From positions 406 through 64,405 of the forward strand of contig CAZBFP010000021.1 in the NCBI GenBank assembly GCA_964491265.1: 64,000 bases of DNA. Direction: 5' to 3'. The notes beneath the pieces were generated by a model, which worked only from the letters and a program-made list of their open reading frames with translations, ran no database searches and was not told where the DNA came from. Positions within the stretch are counted from its first letter, which is position 1, and each line of letters opens with the position of its first letter. The position numbers and the translations under genes are program-made. This document shows, piece by piece, positions 17,348 through 27,452 of this stretch. This DNA is from an uncultured Leptospirales bacterium. Its GTDB lineage: Bacteria > Spirochaetota > UBA4802 > UBA5550.

Positions 17348-18664
17348 CTATTCCTTTTCAAAAGGTTTGTTGCTTGCAAGAAAACTGACAAGTAAACCCA
17401 ACCCCAGTATTCCCGCTCCTAAAATAAATGTCCAGTAAGCCGCGTCAGCTGGAGCATCCTTATAGGTATCTTTGAGTATGCCTACAATCTGCGGCCCCAC
17501 TATACCGCCTGCAGACCATGCTGTCAGTATTGTGCCGTAGACAACCGCAAGTATCTTCGGCCCGTAAACATCAAGCACAAAAGAGGGCATTGTTCCGAAA
17601 CCCCCTCCGTAGCATAAAAGAACATAACAGAGAACTATTGCAAATATCCATGGATTGGGAATATATGCCAGTATAATAAAAGCTAAAATCTGCGACCCCA
17701 GCATAATTCTGAAAGTCTCAATTCTACCTATCTTATCTGATATAGCGGCCCAAAAGAACCGGCCAAGCCCGTTAAAAATAGAGGTAATACCTATTAGTGT
17801 TCCACCATAAGCTGCAAGTGTAAGCTTATCAAGGCCCGGATCGACCTTAGCCCATAGATCCTGAAAAAGGGGTGACTGAAATCCAATAATCGCAATACCT
17901 GCAGTGATATTACAGAAAAATATTACCCACATTATGAAAAATCTTCTTGAAAATATTCCCTCCTTTGATGTCAATGAATCCATTGCTGCAGAAGCGGCCG
18001 CTGAAACCACTGGCGGAGTATAGCCTGAAGGTACATAACCTGCCGGAGGATTTACAATCTGCGATCCCACCGGGATTGTAAGAATAAGGAAAATCACTCC
18101 AAGAGCAAGAAAAAGCTTCACCAGTATGGCCTGCTGTGAAACGACATCTGTTGCAGCTGCCCAGCCAAAGGCATCAAGCAACATCGGTGCGAATATCTTT
18201 GACATAAAAAGAGCTCCAAGTCCGAAACCCATGACAACCATTCCTGTGGCAAAGCCCTTTTTGTCGGGAAACCATTTTGAAATTGTTGCAACTGGCGTTA
18301 CATAACCGAATCCGAGTCCGGCACCGCCTATTACGCCATAGGTGATAAAAAGAAGGGGCGCACTCTGATATTTAAGAGCAAGAGCGCCTGTCAAATACCC
18401 CAGAGCAAAGAGAAAGCCGCCGACCATTGCAAGTTTTCTGGGACCGACTTTGGGTAGAAGAATTCCTCCAATCGCTGCCGCAATACCAAGAGAACAAATA
18501 GCAAGAGAAAAAGCCCATGCAGTGAGGCTCTGAGACCAGCCGAATGCTGTACTCAAGGGTTTCTGAAAATATGACCAGGCATATGCAGTACCAAGGCATA
18601 CCTGCAGACAGGTCCCCATGATGGCGATAAACCATCTTTTCGAATCAAGATTTACATTACTCAT
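17348..18664 (-). CDS. MFS transporter, oxalate/formate antiporter (OFA) family
   Basis: 12-TM MFS profile. The N-terminal RWFIAIMGTCLQVCLGTAYAWSYF is typical of OFA members. Confidence 0.8.
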   Translation of the reverse strand: MSNVNLDSKRWFIAIMGTCLQVCLGTAYAWSYFQKPLSTAFGWSQSLTAWAFSLAICSLGIAAAIGGILLPKVGPRKLAMVGGFLFALGYLTGALALKYQSAPLLFITYGVIGGAGLGFGYVTPVATISKWFPDKKGFATGMVVMGFGLGALFMSKIFAPMLLDAFGWAAATDVVSQQAILVKLFLALGVIFLILTIPVGSQIVNPPAGYVPSGYTPPVVSAAASAAMDSLTSKEGIFSRRFFIMWVIFFCNITAGIAIIGFQSPLFQDLWAKVDPGLDKLTLAAYGGTLIGITSIFNGLGRFFWAAISDKIGRIETFRIMLGSQILAFIILAYIPNPWIFAIVLCYVLLCYGGGFGTMPSFVLDVYGPKILAVVYGTILTAWSAGGIVGPQIVGILKDTYKDAPADAAYWTFILGAGILGLGLLVSFLASNKPFEKE

Positions 18665-18764
18665 TTAATCATTCCTCCAAAAATTATATTGTGAATATCA
18701 TCATATATAGTTAACTCCGGATGAACCGGTTCAGGAACCCGCAGGGAATTTCGAATAATCGGGT

Positions 18765-20228
18765 TCAGCCGGCAAGAAGCGGCAGGGATACTTTAAGAAG
18801 CGTTCCCCGGTCTCCGTTACTGGAAATAGAAAAACTGCCCTGAAAACTCAGCACCCTTTCTCTCATACCTTTTATGCCGAATGAATCAGCCCTGTTAACA
18901 TCTTCCGGGGATATACCCTTCCCGTCATCAAGAACAATAAGCATTACCTCATTTTCAGTTGCTTTCAGATTAACAATTATCTCCGAAGCACATGAATGCC
19001 GTACAATATTTGTTGTTGCCTCCTGAAATATTCTAAAAAGCGCAGTTGTATAATCATCATTCAGCACCAGGTCTTCAGGGGAGCATATAACGTTAAACCT
19101 GATCCCTGTCCTGCTTTCTGTATCCTGCGCCAGCCATTGAATTGCCGCTGCTATACCCAGCTTATCAAGCACGCCCGGCCTCAGGTTTGAAGAGATATTT
19201 CTTACAGTATTAATAGATCCTTCCAGAAGACCGAGCATATCATCAATATTATGAATGATATCGGTTCCCCCTTCCTGAACTTTTCTTTTCAGATTAAGAA
19301 GCTCAAACCTTAGAGTAAGCAGTCTCTGCCCGAATTCATCATGTATTGTGCTTGCCACCATTTTTCTTTCACCCTCCCTCACATCCTGCAGGTGCGATGA
19401 AAGGTTTCTCAGTTCCAGGTTTGTCTTTTTCAGTTCAGCAATAACATCTTGACCCTGTATATAATGCCCTATCCTTTCAGAAATGGCATTGATCAGGTCA
19501 TTCTCCATTTTAAGAAGATATTCCCTGTCCATGCTATGCTTATGATAGAATACCTCGATTTCACCAAGTTCTCTGCTGTTTACAAAAACAGGTGATTCTA
19601 TTTTAAGCCTGCTTTCCATAAACTTGTCAGATTCATAAACAGTATTGAGGTATGTGATTCTGACACTTGCATCATCGCCGTAACTGAGTGCTTTTTCTAT
19701 ACTCAACAGTGTATGCTTTAATACCGCCTCTATGGAAAGATCGGGCATATTCATTACATCAGAGATGAAATATAGACATTTAAGCTGTTTAAGAAGGTAT
19801 AAGGCATTGCCGTCTTTCTGAAGCGAAATAAGCACTTCATCTGATACATGAGTGCTCTCCTCATGTATTCCGTTATCCTGAAATATTTCCTGAAGCAGAT
19901 ATTTGTGCAGTGGGCGTAAAGCAGGTGAAAGTTTACTTATAACTTTTTCAAGTGTGGATTTGTGGAAAAATACCTCTGCACTTGAAGAAAATATTATAAC
20001 CGGAAGTTCGAGAAGAACCGCTTTCTGAATAAAGGGCACTGAACCTTTTTTTTCAAAAAATGATGACCCGATAATCACCAGTTCAGGTGATCCGGAAAAA
20101 AGAGAGTCAAAATCGGGATTATCACACGACATAATCTCAACGTTTTCATAGTCGAGCAGATTAAGCAGCTTTTTAAATTTACGCGATGCCTGGGCATCAT
20201 TCAATAAAAGCAAGACTCTGTCATTCAT
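18765..20228 (-). CDS. Soluble sensor histidine kinase (pseudo-receiver + GAF-like + HisKA_3 + HATPase)
   Basis: H-box STIHDEFGQRLL, ATPase N/G boxes (EATTNIVRH, LDDGKGI, GIKGMRER), no TM segment. Confidence 0.85.
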   Translation of the reverse strand: MNDRVLLLLNDAQASRKFKKLLNLLDYENVEIMSCDNPDFDSLFSGSPELVIIGSSFFEKKGSVPFIQKAVLLELPVIIFSSSAEVFFHKSTLEKVISKLSPALRPLHKYLLQEIFQDNGIHEESTHVSDEVLISLQKDGNALYLLKQLKCLYFISDVMNMPDLSIEAVLKHTLLSIEKALSYGDDASVRITYLNTVYESDKFMESRLKIESPVFVNSRELGEIEVFYHKHSMDREYLLKMENDLINAISERIGHYIQGQDVIAELKKTNLELRNLSSHLQDVREGERKMVASTIHDEFGQRLLTLRFELLNLKRKVQEGGTDIIHNIDDMLGLLEGSINTVRNISSNLRPGVLDKLGIAAAIQWLAQDTESRTGIRFNVICSPEDLVLNDDYTTALFRIFQEATTNIVRHSCASEIIVNLKATENEVMLIVLDDGKGISPEDVNRADSFGIKGMRERVLSFQGSFSISSNGDRGTLLKVSLPLLAG

Positions 20229-20377
20229 AACATTCCCGCAGCTTAATTATTAGATTATAGACAATAATTAAAAAATAAGGCTCACTTCGTATTTTGGGGA
20301 TACAAAATGAATCCTGTCCCCCTGCATACCGCAGGGTATTAAACAAAAATTCAGAAATTAATATTGATACTAAATGT

Positions 20378-20818
20378 TTAAACCAGCATCTCTTCAAAGC
20401 GGCATATTAACTCTTCAGCATCAGCAACAGCCTTAAGGGCTTTGTCAGAGAGTCCGCATTCAACACTCATCACCCCTGATTCAGAAACGCCCATTCCGAG
20501 GAAAACCACTTTTGCGCAGAAGTCTTCAAGAAACTGTATCAGATACTGAACCGGAATATTATGAGTCATGAATGATTTAACATTCTCCTCTGAAACATCA
20601 AGGAAATGCGCCTCCCCTTCTTCAATACCGAGTACAGCATCTGCCACAACAACCAGATCCGGCTCAAACTTCCGTATCAGGTGGATCTGGTTTTCCGGGC
20701 AATCCTCACCCTGGAAAACCGTCCATCCTCCCCTGATTTCGATCCGCTGACCAAGGGCATATCCGGCCCCGTCATCACCCCTGAAAGTATTGCCGATTGT
20801 AAGGAGTGCTTTCTTCAT
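20378..20818 (-). CDS. hycI: Hydrogenase 3/4 maturation endopeptidase
   Basis: TIGNTFRGDDGAG motif, 146 aa, last gene of the hydrogenase operon. Confidence 0.85.
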   Translation of the reverse strand: MKKALLTIGNTFRGDDGAGYALGQRIEIRGGWTVFQGEDCPENQIHLIRKFEPDLVVVADAVLGIEEGEAHFLDVSEENVKSFMTHNIPVQYLIQFLEDFCAKVVFLGMGVSESGVMSVECGLSDKALKAVADAEELICRFEEMLV

Positions 20819-20833
20819 ACAGATTCCCCTTTG

Positions 20834-21211
20834 TTATAATCCGGACTGTCCCGATGTATCTTCATTGTCGTCATATTTCCTGATGGTGATAAATCCCTCC
20901 CTCAACGCAGCAAGCTCATCTTTAAGACGGCATTCCGGCATCTCAGGGAGGAGCATCTGAGCATGTTCAGAATAAATATCCACTTCAAAATACCTGCTCA
21001 GATTTCCCAGCTTAAACCTGCCGTATTCCCCGCAGGAACTGCAGATTTCATCATATTCCCCGTCACTCATGGAGAATATCTCCCTTACAAAATCGATATT
21101 CCCGGTTCCATGCCCCACCTTAAGCACATGAAGCTTTATCTGCGTGGCTGTAACATTGGAACTCATTGAAGGGTCAACAACCCTGTCGGTTAACCTTAAT
21201 ACCCTGACCAT
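20834..21211 (-). CDS. HycH/HyfJ-like formate hydrogenlyase maturation protein
   Basis: Size, position and loose similarity (VLKVGHGTGNIDF..; YFEVDIYSEHAQMLLP) to E. coli HycH as I recall it. Confidence 0.5.
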   Translation of the reverse strand: MVRVLRLTDRVVDPSMSSNVTATQIKLHVLKVGHGTGNIDFVREIFSMSDGEYDEICSSCGEYGRFKLGNLSRYFEVDIYSEHAQMLLPEMPECRLKDELAALREGFITIRKYDDNEDTSGQSGL

Positions 21212-22045
21212 CTATGCCCCTTTTATAATATACTGATTCTTCCCTTCTTCACCCATAACCATCATACTGTCAATCCAGTTCATATAGACTGTATTATGCA
21301 GAACCCTGAGACATTCAGCATACCTGGGGTCCTCCTCCTGTGCGATCAGGTGTTTTATCAGTTCAGCTATTTCTGAGGCGTCTTCAGGCCGCTTTGCGGT
21401 TTTCATCGCTTCACAATATTTTTTAAACAGAATCCTTCCATGAATATATCCCATAAGAGATTTACTCTCCACATAAAGATCCCTTTCAAAAAGAGTATTA
21501 TTGAGTATAGATGTTCCGTCAAATGGAATTTTCCCCTCATCATTATCATATACGGTCTTTTTCAGCTTCTGATCAACAATCCCGAGAGCCAGAGCCAGGC
21601 CCTGGAGTATTGTTGCCGGATGAGGCGGACATCCGGGGACAAAGAGATCCACAGGTATATGTGAATCTATACCCCCCCAATTCCCATAGGCATCATGAAA
21701 AATTCCCCCTGAACATCCGCAGGCCCCGATTGCTGCGACAATTTTAGGATCAGGCATTGCTTCATAGGCCCGGATAAGGGGATAACGCATATCCCTTGTT
21801 ACCGATCCTGTACACACCAGGATATCCGCATGCCTTGGCGATGCAACCAGCTTAAATCCAAGCCGCTCAGGATCCCAGAGCGGGGTTATAACAGCAAAAA
21901 TTTCTATATCACATCCGTTACATGATCCGGCGTCTACTCTGTACACAAAAAAAGTTCTCTTGATCTTTTCCAGGTGAGCAAGTTTTTTTTCAAGGGTGTT
22001 CTCCCTTTGTATGTTTTCAGGTATAGTATATAAAGGACCCATCAT
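21212..22045 (-). CDS. hyfI: Group 4 [NiFe]-hydrogenase small subunit (NuoB-like)
   Basis: GSCNGCDIE, CTGSVT and GACGCSGG...VPGCPP cluster-binding motifs. Confidence 0.9.
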   Translation of the reverse strand: MMGPLYTIPENIQRENTLEKKLAHLEKIKRTFFVYRVDAGSCNGCDIEIFAVITPLWDPERLGFKLVASPRHADILVCTGSVTRDMRYPLIRAYEAMPDPKIVAAIGACGCSGGIFHDAYGNWGGIDSHIPVDLFVPGCPPHPATILQGLALALGIVDQKLKKTVYDNDEGKIPFDGTSILNNTLFERDLYVESKSLMGYIHGRILFKKYCEAMKTAKRPEDASEIAELIKHLIAQEEDPRYAECLRVLHNTVYMNWIDSMMVMGEEGKNQYIIKGA

Positions 22046-22593
22046 ACACCTCGCTTCTTCATTTGATTAACATTTACAGCAACAGCTTTCTCCTGTCTGC
22101 AGTCAGGGCAGGTATTAAGGTGCTTCATCTTCTCATCAATACCAGCGATGTCCCAACCTGCTGAAACAAGTTTCTGATAGGTATAATTGCTCATCCTTTC
22201 AGTTGTAAAATAAACATCGCAGGTATCACATCTTTTCAGTTTCAATTCACCAGTAACGGTCAGATCCTCCTTGTCAAAAAGAACACACATTACATATTCC
22301 TTTGACATGGATATTGCCCTGGTCGGACAAACCTCATCGCATCTGCCGCAGAATATGCATCTATTGTAATCAACCTTCCAGCGCGCCACACCCTTCTCTT
22401 CATCCTTCTTTAAACTGAGGGCATTGGACGGGCAGGCAACCACACATGAGCCGCAGCCGATACACAAATCGTAGGTATACTCAGGCTTCCCTCTGAATCC
22501 GTCTGTAACCTCATAAGGTACAACCGGGAAGTTGTTGGTCACCATCTTTTCTTTTCTTGCAAATTCTAATATCTTCATGAGCGCCCCTCTCAA
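22042..22593 (-). CDS. hyfH: Hydrogenase 4Fe-4S subunit (NuoI-like)
   Basis: CIGCGSCVVACP and CIFCGRCDEVCP ferredoxin motifs. Confidence 0.88.
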   Translation of the reverse strand: MRGALMKILEFARKEKMVTNNFPVVPYEVTDGFRGKPEYTYDLCIGCGSCVVACPSNALSLKKDEEKGVARWKVDYNRCIFCGRCDEVCPTRAISMSKEYVMCVLFDKEDLTVTGELKLKRCDTCDVYFTTERMSNYTYQKLVSAGWDIAGIDEKMKHLNTCPDCRQEKAVAVNVNQMKKRGV

Positions 22594-24338
22594 GCATTCT
22601 TTAATGGAGAATTTTTCCCGCTGATTCCATACTTTTTCAAATCATCCATTCCTATAATTTTTGACTTACTCTTCTTAACATCAACAATCGTTACCCTTTC
22701 AGAACATGAGTAGCATGGATCTATAGATCCTACTATCAGGGGCGCATCAGCGACAGAGTTCCCCCTGAACTGGAATCTCAGGCTCGGCCAGTTATTATAA
22801 GTGGATGCCCTCACTCTCCATCTGTGAACCTTCTGTGCATTCCCATGCATAGTCCAGTGCATATCCTCCCCCCTTGGCGCTTCAACATATCCAAGTCCAT
22901 GGGAAAAGGGCTCAACAAATGCCTTCTTTGCCATTACCGGCCCTGAGGGCATAAGCTCCAGGCACTGCCTGATTATAGATATTGATTCATGAAATTCCGC
23001 TGCCCTTACCAGAACCCTGGAAAGAACATCCCCTGAAGGCTGAACCGCAACATTGAAATTAACATTCTTATACCAGTCAAAGGGGTGATCATACCTTGTA
23101 TCCCTGTTAAATCCTGAACCTCTCATGTTGGGGCCCACAGGGGAAAAATCCCTTGCCACTTTTTTGTTAAGCACACCAACACCAGTGAGCCTTTTAATAA
23201 AGTTGGGTGAATCAATAATACCATCAAGGCATTCTTTAAAGTCCGCTTCGACTTTATTCATAATACGATGCATCTCTTTACGTTCTATATCCGTAATGTC
23301 TCTTCTCACTCCGCCGGTGAGTATCATCCCGTAGGTCTTTCTCCCTCCGGTTATAATCTGGGCCATCTCCATGGTATGCTCTCTTATTTTAAAAAGCTGG
23401 AGAAATGCTGTAACATTACCTGTAAATTCACTGGCAAGACCTATATTAAGGAGATGTGAATGAAGTCTTTCTGTTTCCAGACATATTGTTCTGATAGCCT
23501 GTGCTCTCATTGGCACTTCCACTGCCGAAACATTTTCCGAGCTTTCTATGCAGGCAACAGCATGGGCAAATCCGCAGATACCGCAGATCCGCTCTGCAAG
23601 GAATGCCATCTGGTCATAGTCCATCCTGTTTTCTGCAAGTTTTTCCACACCCCTATGCACATAGAAGAGCTTATAATCCGCATCAATAATTGTTTCGCCA
23701 TCTACAAAAAGGCGGAACTGCCCGGGCTCATCAGAGGTTATATGCACCGGGCCTACCGGAACATCAACTGTTCCCTCACCCTCAGGAAACAGAAAATCGT
23801 AATCCGGTTCCTTGTCCAGGTCATAAGGAGCAAACCTCTCCCTGTAATCTATTGAATCCTTTCTAAGGGGATAAAGCCCTTCAGGGAAATCATCAGAAAC
23901 TGCCAGCCTTCGCTGGTCAGGAAGGCCTTCTGCAACCAGCCCCATCATATCCCGGGCCTCCCGCTCATACCATACTGCAGCAGGAACCTTCACAGTTACA
24001 GAAGGGTATACAGGATCATGGGCCGGAATAAGGGCTTTTACAGTTATCCAGCACTTTTCTTCAGCAGGGAGTTCGTCACCTTCATGCATCTTCCCCCCTT
24101 CCATGGAGAGCACATAATACAGCGCATAATTACCGTTCATCTCCCTTTCATCATTGGCAACCATTGTTGAGAGCCACCCCCCCATATCATAATAGAGGGT
24201 CCGCACCACTTCAGGGAGATCATTTCTATCCACAAGTATGGTAATCTGATCCTCCGGCTGATGCCTTATCACCTCCACCTTAAATCTGTTGCTTAAGGCG
24301 GTTATAAACTTTTTACCTTTAATTATAGTTTTTTCCAT
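22590..24338 (-). CDS. hyfG: Group 4 [NiFe]-hydrogenase large subunit (NuoC-NuoD fusion)
   Basis: N-terminal RICGICGFAH and C-terminal DPCYSCSERV Ni-binding motifs. The C-terminal tail after R is the expected HycI cleavage substrate. Confidence 0.93.
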   Translation of the reverse strand: MEKTIIKGKKFITALSNRFKVEVIRHQPEDQITILVDRNDLPEVVRTLYYDMGGWLSTMVANDEREMNGNYALYYVLSMEGGKMHEGDELPAEEKCWITVKALIPAHDPVYPSVTVKVPAAVWYEREARDMMGLVAEGLPDQRRLAVSDDFPEGLYPLRKDSIDYRERFAPYDLDKEPDYDFLFPEGEGTVDVPVGPVHITSDEPGQFRLFVDGETIIDADYKLFYVHRGVEKLAENRMDYDQMAFLAERICGICGFAHAVACIESSENVSAVEVPMRAQAIRTICLETERLHSHLLNIGLASEFTGNVTAFLQLFKIREHTMEMAQIITGGRKTYGMILTGGVRRDITDIERKEMHRIMNKVEADFKECLDGIIDSPNFIKRLTGVGVLNKKVARDFSPVGPNMRGSGFNRDTRYDHPFDWYKNVNFNVAVQPSGDVLSRVLVRAAEFHESISIIRQCLELMPSGPVMAKKAFVEPFSHGLGYVEAPRGEDMHWTMHGNAQKVHRWRVRASTYNNWPSLRFQFRGNSVADAPLIVGSIDPCYSCSERVTIVDVKKSKSKIIGMDDLKKYGISGKNSPLKNA

Positions 24339-24353
24339 TTTAATCTCCTTGTT

Positions 24354-25856
24354 TTACCGGCTATTAACTACAACAGCGGCCGCGCTTTTTAACAACTCCA
24401 GAAACCATTCAGGAGGCGCGATTCCTATAACACATATTATTAAAGCCATAGCAATCAAAGGAAGATTTGCACCTATCCCGACATCTCCATTATGAATAAT
24501 CTGTCCACGCACTTTACCGAATACGATATCATTAAAATGATGGACAAGACCATAGAAAACCACTGCCAGCCCAAGAATGAACAAAGCTACCGCAAGATAA
24601 TGCTCCCCCTCTATACCTGCCACAACCGTGTAAAATTCGCTTGTAAACATAGCAAGAGGCGGCATCCCGGCCAGAGAGAACATAGCTATAGCCAGCAATA
24701 CTGCTGTTACCGGGGCGATTCTTATAAGACCGCCCATTCCGGATGTATTACGTGTTCCGTATATTCTCTGTAGATTGCCGGTTGTGCAAAACGCGAGTGC
24801 TTTGGTTACCGAGTGTGTCAATATGTGGAAAAACATGGCGAAGAAACCTGTCTTACCTCCGAATGCCATGGCAACCGCGATAATACCAATATTCTCAACT
24901 GAGTGATAAGCAAATGTACGCTTAATATCCCGCTGTCTAATAATGAACAAACTGGCAAGTATTATCGAAACTAAGCCCACAATTAACATTATATTCTGCA
25001 TAAACTGGGCAACTTCAGCTATACTGTTCATGGCAACATAAAATCTAATTATTCCTGCCATAGCGCATTTAAGAAGAACCGCCGACAGTAGAGCCGAAGC
25101 CGGAGCAGGACCTTCAGCATGAGCGTCAGGAAGCCAGGTATGCATCGGAGCGAGACCCGCTTTTGTGCCATATCCAATTACTATAAAAACAAATATAATC
25201 TTCATCAGATCAGCATCAAACTCGACTGAATGCGCAAGTAGTGATGTCCAGAGCATAGCTTCATGGGCATTCCCTATTATATGATAAGCTGAACTATACA
25301 TAAGAACTGTCCCGTACAGTGCAAAGGCTAGACCGATACTGCAGATAATCACATATTTCCACCCGCCTTCGACAGCTTTTTTGTTTTTGTACAATGATAC
25401 AATAAAAACCGAAGAGAGGGTTGTTGCTTCAATGGCAACCCACATCAATATTATATTGTTGGAAAGAACTGACAGAAGCATTGTAAACACAAACACATGA
25501 GAAAGAGTAAAAAAAAGTCTCGCATCCGAAAATGTTATCTCTCCTTTATCCAGTTCCCAGGAAATATATTTAATTGAATACAGGTTTACCAGCAGCCCTA
25601 TAACAGAGATTGCGAGTACAAAAATGCCGCTTATAGAATCAAATAAAATAAAATCATTCAGTGACATAAACGAATTCCCGGAAGCGACATGAGTCACACA
25701 TTCAAGGCCGACAACTGACGTTGCCACTGTTGCAATCAAATGCAGAGTATACAGTATTACCCGATTATTACCCCTTGCTGCAAACCAAATAACTAAAGAT
25801 GCAGCGAAAGGAATAAGCAGTAATATATTTATCGCGTAATTAATATTTTCAAACAT
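24354..25856 (-). CDS. hyfF: Antiporter-like membrane subunit (NuoM/N-like; HyfF/HyfD type)
   Basis: 500 aa, polytopic, with the WLPDAHAEGPAPASALLSA motif. Confidence 0.78.
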   Translation of the reverse strand: MFENINYAINILLLIPFAASLVIWFAARGNNRVILYTLHLIATVATSVVGLECVTHVASGNSFMSLNDFILFDSISGIFVLAISVIGLLVNLYSIKYISWELDKGEITFSDARLFFTLSHVFVFTMLLSVLSNNIILMWVAIEATTLSSVFIVSLYKNKKAVEGGWKYVIICSIGLAFALYGTVLMYSSAYHIIGNAHEAMLWTSLLAHSVEFDADLMKIIFVFIVIGYGTKAGLAPMHTWLPDAHAEGPAPASALLSAVLLKCAMAGIIRFYVAMNSIAEVAQFMQNIMLIVGLVSIILASLFIIRQRDIKRTFAYHSVENIGIIAVAMAFGGKTGFFAMFFHILTHSVTKALAFCTTGNLQRIYGTRNTSGMGGLIRIAPVTAVLLAIAMFSLAGMPPLAMFTSEFYTVVAGIEGEHYLAVALFILGLAVVFYGLVHHFNDIVFGKVRGQIIHNGDVGIGANLPLIAMALIICVIGIAPPEWFLELLKSAAAVVVNSR

Positions 25857-25860
25857 ATAC

Positions 25861-26508
25861 TTACCCCTTTAGTTCATTCGCTTGCGAAGTATCAAGGGAA
25901 CCGAAGTGATTAAAAAACCTCATAGCAAGAGCTCCCATTATTATTACTGAAAAAATAGCATCGGTTAAAATTCCAATTTCTATTGTTTCAGGTGCGTTGT
26001 AAGCTGTTACAGCCAGAGTTAAATGGGCACCGTTTTCAAAAAGACAGTAAGCCAGAATCTGCTTTACAGCTGACTTTCTGAAAACCAGACCAAGAATCCC
26101 CAGCATGAAAACAAATATGGAGACTATGATCGGAATCTGAAGTTTTAAAAGAGAAAACCTGATAAATATAGGCTCAAGCAGAATCGCCACAGAGAGGGAC
26201 ATCCCTATAATGATAAATGGATGGAAGAGTCCGCCGAATGGGGCTTCTTCATGTTTGATCTCTATCTTTTTTATCAGCATCAGAATAAGAAATGGTACCA
26301 GCAGAACCTTGGTTAAAAAGGCAGTGCCTGCCCAGATATACAGAGTACCTATCGAGTATTCCCAGGCTATGGCAAGAAAGATCCCCACAAGGGTAAGGGT
26401 CTGTAAGGTATATATGTGAGTCGCCCTTACAAGGTTTCTCTCTTCAATAGCCCAGAATGACATAATGGCCATAACAAATGATAATCCAACAATCAGACCG
26501 AATTCCAT
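25861..26508 (-). CDS. hyfE: Hydrogenase-4 membrane subunit E-like
   Basis: 215-aa polytopic protein in the HyfE position. Confidence 0.72.
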   Translation of the reverse strand: MEFGLIVGLSFVMAIMSFWAIEERNLVRATHIYTLQTLTLVGIFLAIAWEYSIGTLYIWAGTAFLTKVLLVPFLILMLIKKIEIKHEEAPFGGLFHPFIIIGMSLSVAILLEPIFIRFSLLKLQIPIIVSIFVFMLGILGLVFRKSAVKQILAYCLFENGAHLTLAVTAYNAPETIEIGILTDAIFSVIIMGALAMRFFNHFGSLDTSQANELKG

Positions 26509-27443
26509 TACGCAGCCCTCCCTATTATAAAGAGTATGAGAGAAATAAAAGCAAGAGTAAAGGCGCCGGAAGCGGCAAGCCTTGTGTCGCCGATACGGAG
26601 ACGGGTACTGACCCCTTCGACAAATGAGGCAAAGTAATAAAAGATTACAAGTTTGACCAGGAAGAATACCAGAGACAGAATCGGGATATCAATTACCGGC
26701 CATGGGACATATATGGAAATAAAGAGTCCCACAATTGCCACCTGTTTGAGAACCAGAGCGCCATGGGCAAGAGCAAGTCTTTTACCCGCATATTCAGCAA
26801 GCAGCCCCTCCTGGATCTCCTGTTCAGCTTCTGCCAGGTCAAAAGGCTTTTTACCTGTTTCCACATAAGTGGCAAAAAGGAAAGCCACTCCCGAAAAAAT
26901 GAAAACCGGAAGCACATTCAAAATCGCTTCTGAGCTTACAAAATTTTTTATCTCCCCCAGGTTAGTAACTCCGCCTGTGATAAAAACAACAACAATAGCT
27001 GCAAGAATAATCGTTGGTTCAACAAAAAGTGCAATCATCTGCTCCCTGCTCCCCCCGATCCCTGCAAATGGATTACCGGAATCCACAGATGCGATCCCGA
27101 AAATAAACCTCATTAGAGCGAAAAGATAGATAATCAGAAAAAGATCGGACGCTGCGGCAAAAGTCCCGTTTGTGTGCATAACAGGAAGTACCGCAATTAC
27201 TACTGCCATAATTGTAAACATAAGGTAGGGAGCGCTCCTGAATACCCATGTCCCGCAATCGGGCATTGTTTCAGATCTTTTAAATAACTTTATTATATCC
27301 CTGTAGGTCTGGAAAATATCAACAGGGCCTCTTCTGCTCTGAAATTTTGCTATCATGATTCTTCTGATGCCGTCAAGGAGAGGGCTCACAAGAATAATAA
27401 CAACAACCTGAACTATTAAGTATACTATATCTTGAATATTCAT
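26508..27443 (-). CDS. hyfC: NuoH-like membrane subunit (HycD/HyfC)
   Basis: 311 aa. SRRGPVDIFQTYRDIIKLF, AEAEQEIQEGLLAEYAG. Confidence 0.88.
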   Translation of the reverse strand: MNIQDIVYLIVQVVVIILVSPLLDGIRRIMIAKFQSRRGPVDIFQTYRDIIKLFKRSETMPDCGTWVFRSAPYLMFTIMAVVIAVLPVMHTNGTFAAASDLFLIIYLFALMRFIFGIASVDSGNPFAGIGGSREQMIALFVEPTIILAAIVVVFITGGVTNLGEIKNFVSSEAILNVLPVFIFSGVAFLFATYVETGKKPFDLAEAEQEIQEGLLAEYAGKRLALAHGALVLKQVAIVGLFISIYVPWPVIDIPILSLVFFLVKLVIFYYFASFVEGVSTRLRIGDTRLAASGAFTLAFISLILFIIGRAA

Positions 27444-27452
27444 TTTAACCCT

